A stretch of 64,000 bases of DNA from Deltaproteobacteria bacterium (GCA_016935075.1 JAFGRP010000167.1:6170-70169); one strand, 5' to 3'; shown: positions 9,514-20,742, counted from the first letter of the stretch. Numbers and translations: made by a program. Notes: generated by a model not told the origin, from the letters alone.

Positions 9514-10920
9514 ATGGGAGGGATATTCGGCGTCGTATCGGAAGGAAATTGCGCAAAGGCCCTGTTTTACGGAACGGATTACCACTCTCATCTCGGAACC
9601 GAGAATGCTGGACTGGCCGTATGGGATGAAGGGTTCAGCCATACCATTCACAGCATCAGCGAAGCCCAGTTCAAGTCCCGTTTTGTAGGGGATTACAAGG
9701 AGATGACCGGTCATATGGGCATCGGGGCGATTGATGACGACTCCCCGCAGCCGCTGATCGTCCGTTCCAAATTCGGGACCTATGCAATCGCTGCAACCGG
9801 ACTGATCACCAACAAGGACGAACTGACGCGCAATCTTCTCCGGAACGACGACTCTTTCAACGAAATGGCGGGCGGCGGTGTAAATGGCGTTGAACTGGTC
9901 GCGAAACTGATCAATCGGGGTGAAAGCATTGTCGATGGAATCATCCGGATGCAACGTGTCATTGAGGGATCGGTTTGCCTTCTTTTGATGACCCGGGAAG
10001 GGATTTATGCGGCAAGGGACCGTTGTGGCCGATTTCCCCTGTCAATCGGGAAGGGGATTTGTGGAGCGGAATCAACCCCCAGCTATGTGGCGGCATCCGA
10101 ATCGAGTTCCTTCCCCAATCTCGGTTATGCGTTGATCCGTTCACTCGGACCGGGTGAGATTGTACGACTTGATATCAACGGTATTCATGTTGAATGTCCC
10201 CCCGGCGCAGAGAAGCACGTCTGCGCCTTCCTATGGATCTACACGGGAGATCCCTCCTCGATCTATGAAGGAATCAGTGTCGAGAATGCGCGTGAACGGT
10301 GCGGCAGGGCCATGGCCCGGAACGATCGTATTGAAGCCGATTTCGTAACGGGTGTCCCCGATTCCGGTATCGGTCATGCCATCGGTTATGCGATGGAATC
10401 CGGTCTTCCGTACCGCCGGCCTCTGGTCAAATACACGCCCGGATATGGAAGAAGCTACACGCCTCCGTCCCAGGACATCCGGGACCTTGTGGCAACGATG
10501 AAACTCTGCGCCGTCCGGGACGTTATTCAGGGAAGCAGGATGGTCGTATGTGACGACTCAATCGTCCGGGGAACCCAGCTCAAGAATTACACGATCCGGA
10601 AACTCTGGGACAACGGGGCGAGGGAAATCCATGTCCGTCCGGCTTGTCCGCCCCTGATGTTTCCCTGTAGATATGCCTCTTCCACGAGAACGATCTCCGA
10701 ACTGGCATCCCACCGGGCGATCCGCGCCCTTGAAAGCGAGAGAATGAATCCGATCGATGAATACCTGGACCACGCTTCCGATCAATACCGGAAAATGGTC
10801 GAATGGATCCGGAAGGATCTGGACGTAACCTCCCTTAAATACATCCATATCGAGGAGATGATTGCGGCCATCGGTCTGCCGGAGGAACAGCTTTGCCTCT
10901 TCTGCTGGCGCGGCCGGTAG
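9514..10920 (+). CDS. amidophosphoribosyltransferase (PurF) homolog lacking the N-terminal nucleophile cysteine
   Basis: PRTase motif VVCDDSIVRGTQ. PurF-like Cys positions are retained (VCAFLWIY, FPCRY, CLFCWRG). The N-terminus reads MGGIFG (codon 2 = GGA) instead of MCGI, and ATGLITN replaces HNGNLxN. Confidence 0.8.
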   Translation: MGGIFGVVSEGNCAKALFYGTDYHSHLGTENAGLAVWDEGFSHTIHSISEAQFKSRFVGDYKEMTGHMGIGAIDDDSPQPLIVRSKFGTYAIAATGLITNKDELTRNLLRNDDSFNEMAGGGVNGVELVAKLINRGESIVDGIIRMQRVIEGSVCLLLMTREGIYAARDRCGRFPLSIGKGICGAESTPSYVAASESSSFPNLGYALIRSLGPGEIVRLDINGIHVECPPGAEKHVCAFLWIYTGDPSSIYEGISVENARERCGRAMARNDRIEADFVTGVPDSGIGHAIGYAMESGLPYRRPLVKYTPGYGRSYTPPSQDIRDLVATMKLCAVRDVIQGSRMVVCDDSIVRGTQLKNYTIRKLWDNGAREIHVRPACPPLMFPCRYASSTRTISELASHRAIRALESERMNPIDEYLDHASDQYRKMVEWIRKDLDVTSLKYIHIEEMIAAIGLPEEQLCLFCWRGR

Positions 10921-10970
10921 GAAATGGGTTTACGATCTCCGAGTATTTGATCTGAAAGCGTTGAGGTGCG

Positions 10971-12065
10971 TTGTTGAACCCGGTCATCCGAAGAAAAAAG
11001 ACGAAATCCATCGATCTCGGAGGTGTCCGGATTGGCGGCGATGCACCGGTTGTGGTCCAGTCCATGACCTCATCGGACACCCGTGACACCCGTGCAACGG
11101 TCGAGCAGATCCACGCGCTGGAAGAAGCGGGTTGTGAAGTTGTCCGCGTCGCCATTCCCGATGAGGCGGCTGCGATCGCTATCCATGATATCCGTTCCCG
11201 GATTCATATTCCCCTGATAGCCGATATCCATTTCCAATATCCTCTTGCACTCCTTGCCATGAATCACGGCGCGGACGGTATCCGGATTAATCCCGGCAAC
11301 ATCCCCGCAGAGGGAATTCGCAAAATCGTCTCCGTTGCCAAGGCAAACCGGAAGGTGATCCGGATCGGAATCAATGCGGGATCCTTGGAGAAGGAGGTTG
11401 CTGTCCGCCACGGCGGTCCGAGTGCGGAGGCCTTGGTCGAAAGCGCCTTGAAGAATATCCGTATCCTGGAGGATATGGATTTCGACGCGATAAAACTCTC
11501 ATTGAAATCATCCGATGTGTCGACCATGATTGCGGCCTATCGATCCATCTCCAAGAAGAGCGATTACCCCCTGCATCTTGGCGTCACGGAGGCGGGCACC
11601 CTCATTCAAGCGGCAATTAAATCCGCCCTCGGTATCGGAACCCTGCTGTATGACGGTATCGGCGACACAATCCGGGTTTCCGTGACCGGAAATCCCTTCC
11701 CCGAAATTAATCTGGCGTATGGCATCCTGCGGGCACTCAACATCCGAAACGTTGGTCCCGATATTGTTTCCTGTCCCACGTGCGGCCGCTGCGAAATCGA
11801 TCTTGCGGGCCTGGCCGAGCAGGTGGAACGTGAACTCCGGGGGATGAAAACCCCCATGAAGATCGCCCTCATGGGTTGCGTGGTCAACGGGCCGGGGGAA
11901 GCCGCCGAGGCGGATATCGGTATTGCAGGTGGAAAGGGTTCCGGCATGTTGTTCCGAAAAGGGAAGGTCGTACGCAAGATCCGGGAAGATGAATTTGTCC
12001 CGGTGTTGCTGGAAGAGATCCGGAAGATGGAGAAGAATTCCGGACGGAATGAAGGTTCATCGTAA
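10971..12065 (+). CDS. ispG: 4-hydroxy-3-methylbut-2-en-1-yl diphosphate synthase
   Basis: GcpE-like throughout (VVVQSMT, IRINPGN, CPTCGRC Fe-S ligands). TTG start at 10971 or 10974. Confidence 0.92.
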   Translation: MLNPVIRRKKTKSIDLGGVRIGGDAPVVVQSMTSSDTRDTRATVEQIHALEEAGCEVVRVAIPDEAAAIAIHDIRSRIHIPLIADIHFQYPLALLAMNHGADGIRINPGNIPAEGIRKIVSVAKANRKVIRIGINAGSLEKEVAVRHGGPSAEALVESALKNIRILEDMDFDAIKLSLKSSDVSTMIAAYRSISKKSDYPLHLGVTEAGTLIQAAIKSALGIGTLLYDGIGDTIRVSVTGNPFPEINLAYGILRALNIRNVGPDIVSCPTCGRCEIDLAGLAEQVERELRGMKTPMKIALMGCVVNGPGEAAEADIGIAGGKGSGMLFRKGKVVRKIREDEFVPVLLEEIRKMEKNSGRNEGSS

Positions 12066-12075
12066 AGGAGTTAGC

Positions 12076-13794
12076 ATGCGCTATTCAGAAATGTTCCTGC
12101 CCACGGAGAGGGAGATTCCTTCCGATGCAGAACTGATCAGTCACCAGCTCATGATCCGGGCAGGCCTGATGAGAAAACTTACCGGCGGGATTTATTCATA
12201 TCTTCCATTAGGTTACCGGGTGATCCGTAAGTTTGAACAGATTGTCCGGGAGGAGATGAACCGTGCAGGCGCCCAGGAGGTCTTTCTCCCGATGGTTCAG
12301 CCGGCGGAACTCTGGCAGGAGTCCGGGCGATGGGTCCATTACGGCAAAGAACTGCTCCGCTTTCGTGATCGTCATGATCGGGAGTACTGTCTCGGTCCGA
12401 CCCATGAAGAGGTTATTACCGATCTGGTCCGGAACGAAATCAAAACCTACCGGCAGCTTCCTCGAAATCTCTATCAGATCCAGACGAAATTCCGCGATGA
12501 AATCCGGCCGCGGTTCGGGGTGATGCGCTGCCGGGAATTCGGCATGAAAGACGCCTACAGTTTTGATATGGACGAGGCAGGCGCGGAGATCAGCTACCGG
12601 AAGATGTTCGATGCCTATCAGCGGATCTTTACCCGTTGCGGCCTGAACTTTCGTCCGGTGGAGGCGGACTCGGGAAGCATCGGCGGCAGATATTCCCACG
12701 AATTCATGGTCATGGCCGATTCCGGAGAGGATGCAATCTGTCATTGCAGCGTATGCGACTATGCGGCAAATTTGGAGAAGGCCGATATTGCCAAGCCTGT
12801 GGAGTACGACGCTGCGGTGTCGACCTTTGATATCGAAGAGGTGAAAACCCCTGGGGTCAGAACCATCGAGGAGGTATGCGGCTTTTTAAAGGTTGCACCG
12901 GATGCGGTCGTCAAGACCCTGATCTTCTCCGCGGACGATACCCCTGTGGCCGTTCTCATCCGCGGGAACCAGGAGGTCAACGAGATCAAGGTCAAAAATT
13001 TTCTCGGTTGCAATTCCCTGGAACTGGCCGATGATGCGATGATAAAAAAGGCCACCGGATCTCCCCGGGGATTCGTTGGCGCTGTCGGAATACAGGCCCG
13101 GGTTATTGCCGATTATTCACTTTTGGGAATGAGCGACTGTATCATGGGGGCCAACCGAGAGGATTACCACCTCCGCCACGTGAAGCCGGGTCGGGACTTC
13201 ACGATTGCGGACTTTGCGGATCTCCGTATGATCCGGGAATCAGATCCCTGTCCGCGCTGCGGAGGAAAGATCCGCTTTGCGCGCGGAATCGAGGTCGGTC
13301 ATGTTTTCAAGTTGGGGACCCGATACAGCAAGGCCATGAAAGCCGTTTTTCTGGACCAGAACGGAAAAGAAAAGATCATGGTGATGGGATGTTACGGTAT
13401 CGGCATCGGCAGAACGGTCGCCGCGGCCATCGAACAGAATCACGATGCGGATGGTATCGTCTGGCCCTTGTCGCTCGCCCCCTATGCCGTGATCATCACC
13501 CCGGTGAACGTGAGAGAAAAAACGCTCTGCGACGCCGCGGAGGTACTTTATTGTATCCTGACCGAACAGGGCGTGGAAGTGATCCTGGATAACCGGGACG
13601 AAAGGGCCGGCGTCAAATTCAAGGATGCCGATCTGATCGGAATTCCCTATCGCGTGACAGTCGGTCCCAAGCAACTGGCCGAAGGGAAAATGGAAATCAA
13701 AGCGCGACGATCCGGAGAGGTCGCGATCCTGCCGGTTTCCGAGGTTGCTCCTTTTCTCATGGACCGCATCAGTGAAAAATGTGCGGTACGATAA
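12076..13794 (+). CDS. proS: proline--tRNA ligase (bacterial type with editing insertion)
   Basis: Homology starts at [10 protein letters not shown] (ATG 12076, AAAGGAG upstream). Class II motif [20 protein letters not shown]. The upstream 51 codons overlap ispG. Confidence 0.93.
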   Translation: MRYSEMFLPTEREIPSDAELISHQLMIRAGLMRKLTGGIYSYLPLGYRVIRKFEQIVREEMNRAGAQEVFLPMVQPAELWQESGRWVHYGKELLRFRDRHDREYCLGPTHEEVITDLVRNEIKTYRQLPRNLYQIQTKFRDEIRPRFGVMRCREFGMKDAYSFDMDEAGAEISYRKMFDAYQRIFTRCGLNFRPVEADSGSIGGRYSHEFMVMADSGEDAICHCSVCDYAANLEKADIAKPVEYDAAVSTFDIEEVKTPGVRTIEEVCGFLKVAPDAVVKTLIFSADDTPVAVLIRGNQEVNEIKVKNFLGCNSLELADDAMIKKATGSPRGFVGAVGIQARVIADYSLLGMSDCIMGANREDYHLRHVKPGRDFTIADFADLRMIRESDPCPRCGGKIRFARGIEVGHVFKLGTRYSKAMKAVFLDQNGKEKIMVMGCYGIGIGRTVAAAIEQNHDADGIVWPLSLAPYAVIITPVNVREKTLCDAAEVLYCILTEQGVEVILDNRDERAGVKFKDADLIGIPYRVTVGPKQLAEGKMEIKARRSGEVAILPVSEVAPFLMDRISEKCAVR

Positions 13795-13870
13795 GTGAGG
13801 TATAGAGCATGATACCTTATTTGATCCCTTACGCCTTGCTCTTCACTTTTTACGCTGTAAACGGGAGAGG

Positions 13871-16024
13871 ATGGTAGCCCTCATGCTCCGCATCAACGAC
13901 ATCCTTGATAAGATCCAGTCTTATCTTTCCCCTTCCGAAATCGGCATGATCGAAAAGGCCTACATCTTTTCGGCGTCTGTTCATCAGGGGCAGATTCGCC
14001 TTTCCGGCGAACCCTATTTGACACATCCCATGGAGGTCTGCGGCATTCTCGCAGACATGAAACTCGATGCGGCGACGCTCGTGACCGGTCTTCTGCACGA
14101 TACAGTCGAGGATACCCTCACCACGCTGGAACAGATCGAAGAGGCCTTCGGCAAAGAAGTGGCCTTTCTCGTCGAGGGGTTGACGAAGATCAGCAAAATT
14201 ACCCTCGGCAATCAGGAGGAGAGACAGGCGGAAAATTTCCGGAAGATGATTCTGGCGATGTCGTCCGATATCCGGATTCTTCTCATCCGTTTGGCGGACC
14301 GGATACACAATATGCGGACTCTCGAGTTTCAGACGCCGGACCGGCAGCTCTATATTTCCAAAGAATCCATGGATCTGTATGCGCCTCTGGCCAACCGCCT
14401 GGGAATCAATTGGATGAAAATTGAGCTGGAGGACCTTTCTTTCCGGTATCTCGACTATGAGGCATACAATGAACTCGCAAAACGGATCGTTAAAAAAAAG
14501 AAGAAACGGGAAGAGTATGCGGAAGAGGTCAGAGGGATCATCCGGCAAGAGCTGGAACGTTCCGGAATACGGGGTGAAGTGGAGGGAAGAGCAAAACATT
14601 TCTTCAGCATCTTCAAGAAAATGAAAGAACAGCACATCGATTTCGACGAGGTTTACGATCTCACGGCCTTCAGGATCATACTCGATTCGGATAAGGACAA
14701 AGACTGCTATGAGGCCCTGAGCATGGTTCATGCCCTTTGGACACCGGTCCCCGGAAGATTCAAGGATTATATTGCCATGCCGAAAGTCAACCACTACCAG
14801 TCCCTCCATACAACGGTGATCGGCCCTTACGGGGAGAGGGTTGAGATCCAGATCCGGACCCGTCCGATGCATGATTGGGCCGAGGAGGGGATCGCCGCCC
14901 ACTGGCGTTATAAGGAAGGGCGGGCCTTTTCAACCGATGTTGATCAGATCAAGAAACTCCGGGATTTGTTGGATGCACAGCATGAGATCGAGAATCCCCG
15001 TGAGTTCATGTCCAACCTGAAGGTGGCTCTGTTCCCCGAAGAAGTTTATGTGTTCACCCCGAACGGGGATGTAAGATCCTTTCCGAAAGGGGCAACCCCC
15101 ATCGATTTTGCCTATAGCATCCATACGGATATCGGCAACCAGTGCATCGGCGCCAAGGTCAACCGGAACATCGTGCCTCTGAAATATCAATTGAAGAATG
15201 GGGATAGAGTCGAGATCATCACCCAGGCGGGCCACCATCCCAGTAAAGACTGGCTGAAGTATGTAGTCACATCCCGTGCCATGGCGAAGATACGCAACTG
15301 GGTCAAGATCGAGGAACGTAAGAAGAGTGTAATGCTGGGCCGGGATCTCCTGGAGAAGGAATTCAAGAAACACCACCTGAAATTCGGCCAATCTTCAAAG
15401 ACAAAGGAAATGCAAAAGCTATTAAAAGAATATCACGTCGAATCCATAGACGATCTGATGGCTGTCGTCGGTTACGGAAGGGTCTCTCCCAAGCACATCG
15501 TTCATCTTTTCCTCCCGGAGGATGAGGTCAAAAAAGGAGAACCGCCTGACCGAATGAAAAAGAAAGGTGTGGAGACTGAGCCGGTCGGCGTGTCACTGAC
15601 CGGGATCGATGATATCATGGTCCGGTTCGGAAAATGCTGTGATCCGATTCCCGGTGACGAGATTATCGGTTACATCTCGCGAGGGCGGGGGATCACGGTT
15701 CATACGGCCAATTGCATGCATGTCCAGGATATGGATTCAGAACGGCTGGTAGATGTTCATTGGGATATCCATGAAAAAAAAGAATACCCGGTCCACATGA
15801 GAATCATCTGCCATGACAAGAAAGGGGCTCTCGCCGACATCAGCGCCGCCATATCTTCACTGGATGTCAATATCACCCACGCGGAGATCAATGCGCTTCA
15901 AGATGGGCAGGCCCATTGCGAATTCAGCGTAAATGTTGTTGATTTGAATCAGTTCAATAAGATTGTTGCGGCCATCAGAAAGTTACGGGGAGTCATCTCC
16001 GTGGAGAGACTCTGCCGATCCTGA
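13871..16024 (+). CDS. rel: bifunctional (p)ppGpp synthetase/hydrolase (long RSH)
   Basis: HD hydrolase motifs (HPMEV, LLHDTVEDT), synthetase motifs (DLTAFRIIL, YQSLHTTV), TGS and C-terminal ACT-like regions. The start may be 13883. Confidence 0.92.
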   Translation: MVALMLRINDILDKIQSYLSPSEIGMIEKAYIFSASVHQGQIRLSGEPYLTHPMEVCGILADMKLDAATLVTGLLHDTVEDTLTTLEQIEEAFGKEVAFLVEGLTKISKITLGNQEERQAENFRKMILAMSSDIRILLIRLADRIHNMRTLEFQTPDRQLYISKESMDLYAPLANRLGINWMKIELEDLSFRYLDYEAYNELAKRIVKKKKKREEYAEEVRGIIRQELERSGIRGEVEGRAKHFFSIFKKMKEQHIDFDEVYDLTAFRIILDSDKDKDCYEALSMVHALWTPVPGRFKDYIAMPKVNHYQSLHTTVIGPYGERVEIQIRTRPMHDWAEEGIAAHWRYKEGRAFSTDVDQIKKLRDLLDAQHEIENPREFMSNLKVALFPEEVYVFTPNGDVRSFPKGATPIDFAYSIHTDIGNQCIGAKVNRNIVPLKYQLKNGDRVEIITQAGHHPSKDWLKYVVTSRAMAKIRNWVKIEERKKSVMLGRDLLEKEFKKHHLKFGQSSKTKEMQKLLKEYHVESIDDLMAVVGYGRVSPKHIVHLFLPEDEVKKGEPPDRMKKKGVETEPVGVSLTGIDDIMVRFGKCCDPIPGDEIIGYISRGRGITVHTANCMHVQDMDSERLVDVHWDIHEKKEYPVHMRIICHDKKGALADISAAISSLDVNITHAEINALQDGQAHCEFSVNVVDLNQFNKIVAAIRKLRGVISVERLCRS

Positions 16025-16088
16025 GCGGGTGCGTGTCATCTTCGTTCTCCGCGATGATTCGAGTTGACGACGGGTTGCCGATTGCTGT

Positions 16089-16844
16089 ATGAATCAACCC
16101 GCAAACGACATGAAGGACGGGATGGAAGCGATGGCATTTATGAATGGGCGGCCGACGAAGTTCGGTTTGATTGCACTGACAATGTTCGTGTTCTGCATGC
16201 TTCCTCTGACCGCAGCGGGGGCGCAGCGACCGGCAGCACATTTGGTGCTGATCGATCCGGCGCACGGAGGAGAGGATTCCGGCGTTTTTTCGGATAAACT
16301 GCATGAGAAGGACCTGACCCTGAACCTTGCCATCCTGATCCGACAGGAGGCACAAAAGATGACGGGCCTTCAGGTTCAATTGACACGTTCGTCGGACAGG
16401 AGAATGACGATCGCGGAGAGGATCAAGGCGGTCGGGACGACGAAAGCGGACTGTCTCATCAGCCTTCATGTCAATGCCGGTTTCGGAAAGAAGGCGACAG
16501 GCTACGAGATCTATTTCCCGGGATTTCAGCAGGAGGTATCCGGAGGCAAAGATTCATCGCCCATCATCAAGGATATGACTCGGAATAAATCCCTCAACGA
16601 TTCCGTGCGGCTTGCGCAACAGATCCAATCCGGTCTTGAAACGGTTTTACCCCGCAAGGGGCGGGGGTTACGCGAGGCCCCAAGTCCGTTGCTGGACGCA
16701 ATGAACATTCCCGGCCTGGTTGTCGAGATCGGTTTTGCAACCAACCCGGACGACCTGAAGAAACTGACCGGACCCAAAACGCAGAAAGCCATTGCAAATG
16801 CCGTGGTCAAGGGCCTGCAAAATTATTTTTCTTCATTACCTTGA
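16089..16844 (+). CDS. N-acetylmuramoyl-L-alanine amidase (Amidase_3 family), secreted
   Basis: Signal-peptide-like [21 protein letters not shown], then [12 protein letters not shown] and ISLHVNAG motifs. The exact start is uncertain (several in-frame Met). Confidence 0.8.
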   Translation: MNQPANDMKDGMEAMAFMNGRPTKFGLIALTMFVFCMLPLTAAGAQRPAAHLVLIDPAHGGEDSGVFSDKLHEKDLTLNLAILIRQEAQKMTGLQVQLTRSSDRRMTIAERIKAVGTTKADCLISLHVNAGFGKKATGYEIYFPGFQQEVSGGKDSSPIIKDMTRNKSLNDSVRLAQQIQSGLETVLPRKGRGLREAPSPLLDAMNIPGLVVEIGFATNPDDLKKLTGPKTQKAIANAVVKGLQNYFSSLP

Positions 16845-16854
16845 TAGGTTACGC

Positions 16855-17580
16855 ATGGGAAGACCGGACGGCAGAGGCTGGAATCAAATGCGTGATTTTC
16901 GAATCACGCGTCCATACCTGTGTTTCGCGGAAGGTTCTGTTTTAGTGGAGATGGGCCTTACAAAGGTGATCTGTGCCGCTACGATTCAGGATACGGTCCC
17001 CGGCTTCCTCAAGAATACCGGAAGGGGTTGGCTGACGGCGGAATATGCGATGCTTCCCGCTGCGACGCAGAAAAGATCCAATCGAGAATCAACCAGCGGC
17101 CGCATTGGCGGAAGGACCCATGAGATACAGCGGCTGATCGGCCGCTCGCTCCGGTCTGTAACCGACTTGCAAAGCTTTGGTGAACGCACCGTTACGATCG
17201 ATTGCGATGTCATTCAGGCCGACGGGGGAACGCGCACGGCGGCTATTACGGGGGCGTTTGTCGCCCTTGTCGATCTTTTCCGGAAGTTGAAGGAACGCTC
17301 CGAGGTGTCTTTCATACCCGTAAGGGATTATGTCTCGGCGGTCAGCGTCGGCGTCGTGGATGACGAGTTGAGGCTCGATCTGGCTTATGAGGAGGATTCG
17401 AGGGCGGAAGTCGATATGAATTTTGTAATGACCGGCGGCGGTCTATTCATAGAGGTCCAGGGAACCGCGGAGGGTTTGCCTTTTGATCGCGACCGCCTTT
17501 CCGCCATGACGGATCTTGCCGCAGCCGGGATCGCGGATCTCACCCGGAAGCAGCGGGAGATCCTCGGAGGGCTGCGCTGA
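16855..17580 (+). CDS. rph: ribonuclease PH
   Basis: MGRPDGR N-terminus, [19 protein letters not shown] motifs. The upstream 21 codons of the long ORF overlap the amidase gene. Confidence 0.93.
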   Translation: MGRPDGRGWNQMRDFRITRPYLCFAEGSVLVEMGLTKVICAATIQDTVPGFLKNTGRGWLTAEYAMLPAATQKRSNRESTSGRIGGRTHEIQRLIGRSLRSVTDLQSFGERTVTIDCDVIQADGGTRTAAITGAFVALVDLFRKLKERSEVSFIPVRDYVSAVSVGVVDDELRLDLAYEEDSRAEVDMNFVMTGGGLFIEVQGTAEGLPFDRDRLSAMTDLAAAGIADLTRKQREILGGLR

Positions 17581-18167
17581 AAAAAATCGTCTTCGCCTCG
17601 CGAAACAGGGGCAAAATTCTTGAAATCGGGTCGATGATCAAAGGCAGTGAGATTCACCTCAAATCCCTGATGGATTACCCCGACCTTCCCGATATCATGG
17701 AGGACGGAAACAGTTACCTGGAAAATGCCCTCAAGAAGGCCCGGGTCGTTTCAGAATGTACCGGTGAGACGGTTCTTGCCGATGACTCGGGGCTTGAGGT
17801 GGAGGCCCTGGGCGGCGCACCGGGGATCCATTCCGCCCGGTATGCCGGAGAGGATACTGACGATGAAAAAAACATCCAAAAACTCCTGGACGACATGAAG
17901 AACATCGCGTCCGAAAACAGGGGAGCGAAATTTCGGTGCATTCTTGTCCTCTATTCCGCCGATGGGCGCTATGAAACCTTTGAAGGATGCTGGAAAGGTA
18001 GGATTGCGGAAAAGCCTGTAGGCCGGAGTGGGTTCGGATATGATCCGGTTTTTTTTCTCCCAGGAGAGAAAATGACTGCAGCCGAGCTTCCACCCGAGGT
18101 CAAGAACAGGATCAGCCATCGGGCGCAAGCTATTGCAAAGCTGAAGGAAAGTTTCCTAAAGAGATAA
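17577..18167 (+). CDS. rdgB: dITP/XTP pyrophosphatase (RdgB/HAM1 family), apparent CTG start
   Basis: The conserved N-terminal segment [15 protein letters not shown] is encoded in frame at 17580-17624, upstream of the first ATG (17634). There is no ATG/GTG/TTG in frame there. CTG 17577 overlaps the rph TGA (CTGA). C-terminal FGYDPVFF and SHR motifs are present. Confidence 0.8.
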   Translation: MKKIVFASRNRGKILEIGSMIKGSEIHLKSLMDYPDLPDIMEDGNSYLENALKKARVVSECTGETVLADDSGLEVEALGGAPGIHSARYAGEDTDDEKNIQKLLDDMKNIASENRGAKFRCILVLYSADGRYETFEGCWKGRIAEKPVGRSGFGYDPVFFLPGEKMTAAELPPEVKNRISHRAQAIAKLKESFLKR

Positions 18168-18180
18168 AAGTACAAATAAC

Positions 18181-18257
18181 CGGGGCGTAGCGCAGCCCGG
18201 TAGCGCGCCTGCTTTGGGAGCAGGATGTCGAGTGTTCAAATCACTCCGCCCCGACCA
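18181..18257 (+). tRNA. tRNA-Pro (anticodon UGG), CCA encoded
   Basis: Hand-folded cloverleaf: acceptor CGGGGCG/CGCCCCG, D stem GCGC/GCGC, anticodon stem CCTGC/GCAGG with loop TTTGGGA, T arm GAGTG-TTCAAAT-CACTC, discriminator A, CCA. Confidence 0.9.
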
Positions 18258-18303
18258 TAGTATTTAGTCGATTGGCTGTTCCGGCACGAGCAACATTCTG
18301 AAA

Positions 18304-19659
18304 TTACTTGACGGACATCAAGACATTGTTCAGGACGGATCCCATCTCTCGCCGGATCGAATCCAATCGTTCCTGTGTTGCCGCTTCGAATCGCAGAACG
18401 AGAACAGGCTGCGTATTGGATACCCTGAGAAGCCCCCAACCGTCACCGAAAGCCACCCGCACGCCGTCAATATCGATAATTTCATGGCTGTGACGGTAGT
18501 ATTCCCGGACGGCCTCCACCACCCCGAATTTGATCCGGTCGGGGCAATCGATACGGATCTCGGGTGTGGCAAAGGTTCGGGGGAGATCGGAGAGGAGGTC
18601 GCTCAGCCTTTTTCCGGATTCGGATAGAATCTCCAGCAGACGGACGGAGGCATATATCGCGTCGTCAAATCCGAAATAACGGTCCGCGAAAAAGATGTGA
18701 CCGCTCATCTCTCCGGCCAGGAGGGCCTTTTCCTCTTTCATCTTCCCCTTGATCAGAGAATGCCCGGCCTTCCACATGATGGCCTGCCCGCCATTCCTGA
18801 AAATGTCGTCATAGAGTTTCTGCGAACATTTGACCTCCCCGATGATGACTGCGCCGGGATTTTTCTTCAGGATGAAGCGAGAGAAGAGCAGCAGCAGTTC
18901 ATCCCCCCAGAGAATATCGCCGCGATCCGTGACTACGCCGATCCGGTCGGCATCCCCGTCATAGGCGATACCGGCTTCGGCCTTTTCTGATAGAACCAGT
19001 CGGGTCAATTCCTGCAGGTTTTCAGGAACGGTGGGATCGGGAAAGTGGTTGGGAAAGCGGCCGTCCGGATCGCAGTAGATGTCGGTGACACGGCAGCCGT
19101 ACCGCTTCAGCAGAGGGAGGGCGAAGAATCCGCCGACGCCGTTGCCGCCGTCGATAACGATTCGGTGACCCGGCATCACCTTCACATGCTCGAAGAGATA
19201 ATCACGATATATTTCGGAGATTTCCCGGCGGGAGGATCTTCCCGTGCCGTCAATATAGACCCCGCATTCGATGATCTTCCGCAGCGCCTGAATATCCGTT
19301 CCGTAGATCGTATCCGGGCCGATGCAAATCTTGAAGCCATTGAAATCCGGTGGGTTATGGCTCCCCGTGACCATGACGCCGCCATCCGTATGGAAATGGC
19401 GGATCGAAAAGTATAGCATGGGTGTGGCGCAGAGACCGATATCGGTAACATCGATGCCGGCGGAGCGGATTCCCCTGCCGACGAGATCCTGATAAAGACC
19501 GGAACTGAGCCGACAATCCCGACCCAGGGACATTGTCCTTACTCCGTGACGGACGGCATAAGTGCCGATTGCCCTTCCCAGAAGGTAGACAAAATCCTGG
19601 GTCAGATCCTTGTCCACAACACCTCTGATGTCATACTCGCGAAAAACATCAGGATTCAT
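18304..19659 (-). CDS. phosphomannomutase/phosphoglucomutase (alpha-D-phosphohexomutase)
   Basis: FREYDIRG N-terminus, phosphoserine loop TGSHNPPDFNGFK, metal loop GIAYDGDADR. The GAGG RBS overlaps the stop of the upstream gene. Confidence 0.9.
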   Translation of the reverse strand: MNPDVFREYDIRGVVDKDLTQDFVYLLGRAIGTYAVRHGVRTMSLGRDCRLSSGLYQDLVGRGIRSAGIDVTDIGLCATPMLYFSIRHFHTDGGVMVTGSHNPPDFNGFKICIGPDTIYGTDIQALRKIIECGVYIDGTGRSSRREISEIYRDYLFEHVKVMPGHRIVIDGGNGVGGFFALPLLKRYGCRVTDIYCDPDGRFPNHFPDPTVPENLQELTRLVLSEKAEAGIAYDGDADRIGVVTDRGDILWGDELLLLFSRFILKKNPGAVIIGEVKCSQKLYDDIFRNGGQAIMWKAGHSLIKGKMKEEKALLAGEMSGHIFFADRYFGFDDAIYASVRLLEILSESGKRLSDLLSDLPRTFATPEIRIDCPDRIKFGVVEAVREYYRHSHEIIDIDGVRVAFGDGWGLLRVSNTQPVLVLRFEAATQERLDSIRREMGSVLNNVLMSVK

Positions 19660-19666
19660 GTTTACC

Positions 19667-20707
19667 TCACGGCTGCATCAGGGCCTGAAGATTGACATGG
19701 GTGCGGACCATCTGTTCGATCAGGGCGATCTTTTCAAGGTCATCCTTTGTCGGAAGGGATTCCATTCCTTCAATCTGTTTTGCAATCTCATATGTATCCG
19801 CCGATACGAGCAGGAGGGGGATCCCGCATTTGGCGGCCTTGGAGATGAGATTGGACGGAGGGAGTATGTTGTTGGTCAGGATGATCGCAGAGGTGTTGGT
19901 TCCCAGGGCGGCTACGATCATATCAAACTGGTCGCCGCTCGTGATGATCAGATTGCTTTCCTGCTGGAAAAGGGTGTTTTTCAGTGCGGCACCGGCGGAC
20001 ATCGATCCGATGAAGATGTTTTTGACGATCCGTCTCAGGTTTTCTTCCCCGGTGATGATTTTCGCGAACAGGCGATCCGCCAGATAACCGACGGAGAAGT
20101 AGGGGAGTTCCTTGTAATAGGGGATCACGCCCAGGACTTCAACGCCGTGCCGTTGGATTTCCGACAGGCGTGTATCGCAGAAATCGGCAACGTTGGCTAC
20201 TTTGTTGATGATCACTCCCTTGAAGCGGACATCTCCCGTCTGAATGTATTTTTTAAGAAAAATCACGTCATCGAGAATGGTCTCCTCGTCGCCTCCCGCG
20301 ACCACGATCAGTTTAGCGTCGATATCTCTGGCAATGGTCAGGGCATCCAGGTGTACCGAAACGCCGTAGGTGATGTCCTTTCCACACTCCGCAAAAAAGA
20401 TCTCTTTGCCCTCACCGGAGCTGATCACGAGTTCCCGAAGCTTTTCGCGTGTGGTGTCTTCATCCAGCATGGAGAGAAGCTTGGAATGATAAAAACCGAT
20501 GCTCATGTTTTCCGGATTTTCCTCCAGGCCGAATATGTGGGTGATTAACGCGGCGTCGTAGTCCCAGAGTCTTTTCTTGCGATACAGGAATCGTTCTCCG
20601 AAAGGTTTGATATAGCCGATCTTGCGGTTTAATGCCTTCGTGGCGCCGATGATGAAACTCGTTTTGCCCGCACCCTGGCGCAAGGATGTAACCACAAACT
20701 TATCCAT
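19667..20707 (-). CDS. stand-alone phosphotransacetylase-N-terminal-like protein (BioD/CobQ-type P-loop + DRTGG-like domain)
   Basis: P-loop RQGAGKTS near the N-terminus. DRTGG-like segment IITSGDQFDMIVAAL...ILTNN...GIPLLLV. No PTA_PTB catalytic domain. ATG 20707 has GAGAGG upstream. The long ORF start is 20725. Confidence 0.7.
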   Translation of the reverse strand: MDKFVVTSLRQGAGKTSFIIGATKALNRKIGYIKPFGERFLYRKKRLWDYDAALITHIFGLEENPENMSIGFYHSKLLSMLDEDTTREKLRELVISSGEGKEIFFAECGKDITYGVSVHLDALTIARDIDAKLIVVAGGDEETILDDVIFLKKYIQTGDVRFKGVIINKVANVADFCDTRLSEIQRHGVEVLGVIPYYKELPYFSVGYLADRLFAKIITGEENLRRIVKNIFIGSMSAGAALKNTLFQQESNLIITSGDQFDMIVAALGTNTSAIILTNNILPPSNLISKAAKCGIPLLLVSADTYEIAKQIEGMESLPTKDDLEKIALIEQMVRTHVNLQALMQP

Positions 20708-20742
20708 CGATCCAACCTCTCTCATTCCAGATACATGTCTGT

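Noticed and set aside
18181-18257. tRNA-Pro and tRNA-Met (27172-27248) as integration sites of a genomic island containing the CoA-related genes.
   Set aside because: No integrase, recombinase, direct repeat of the tRNA 3' end or obvious compositional break is visible between or beside the two tRNAs.
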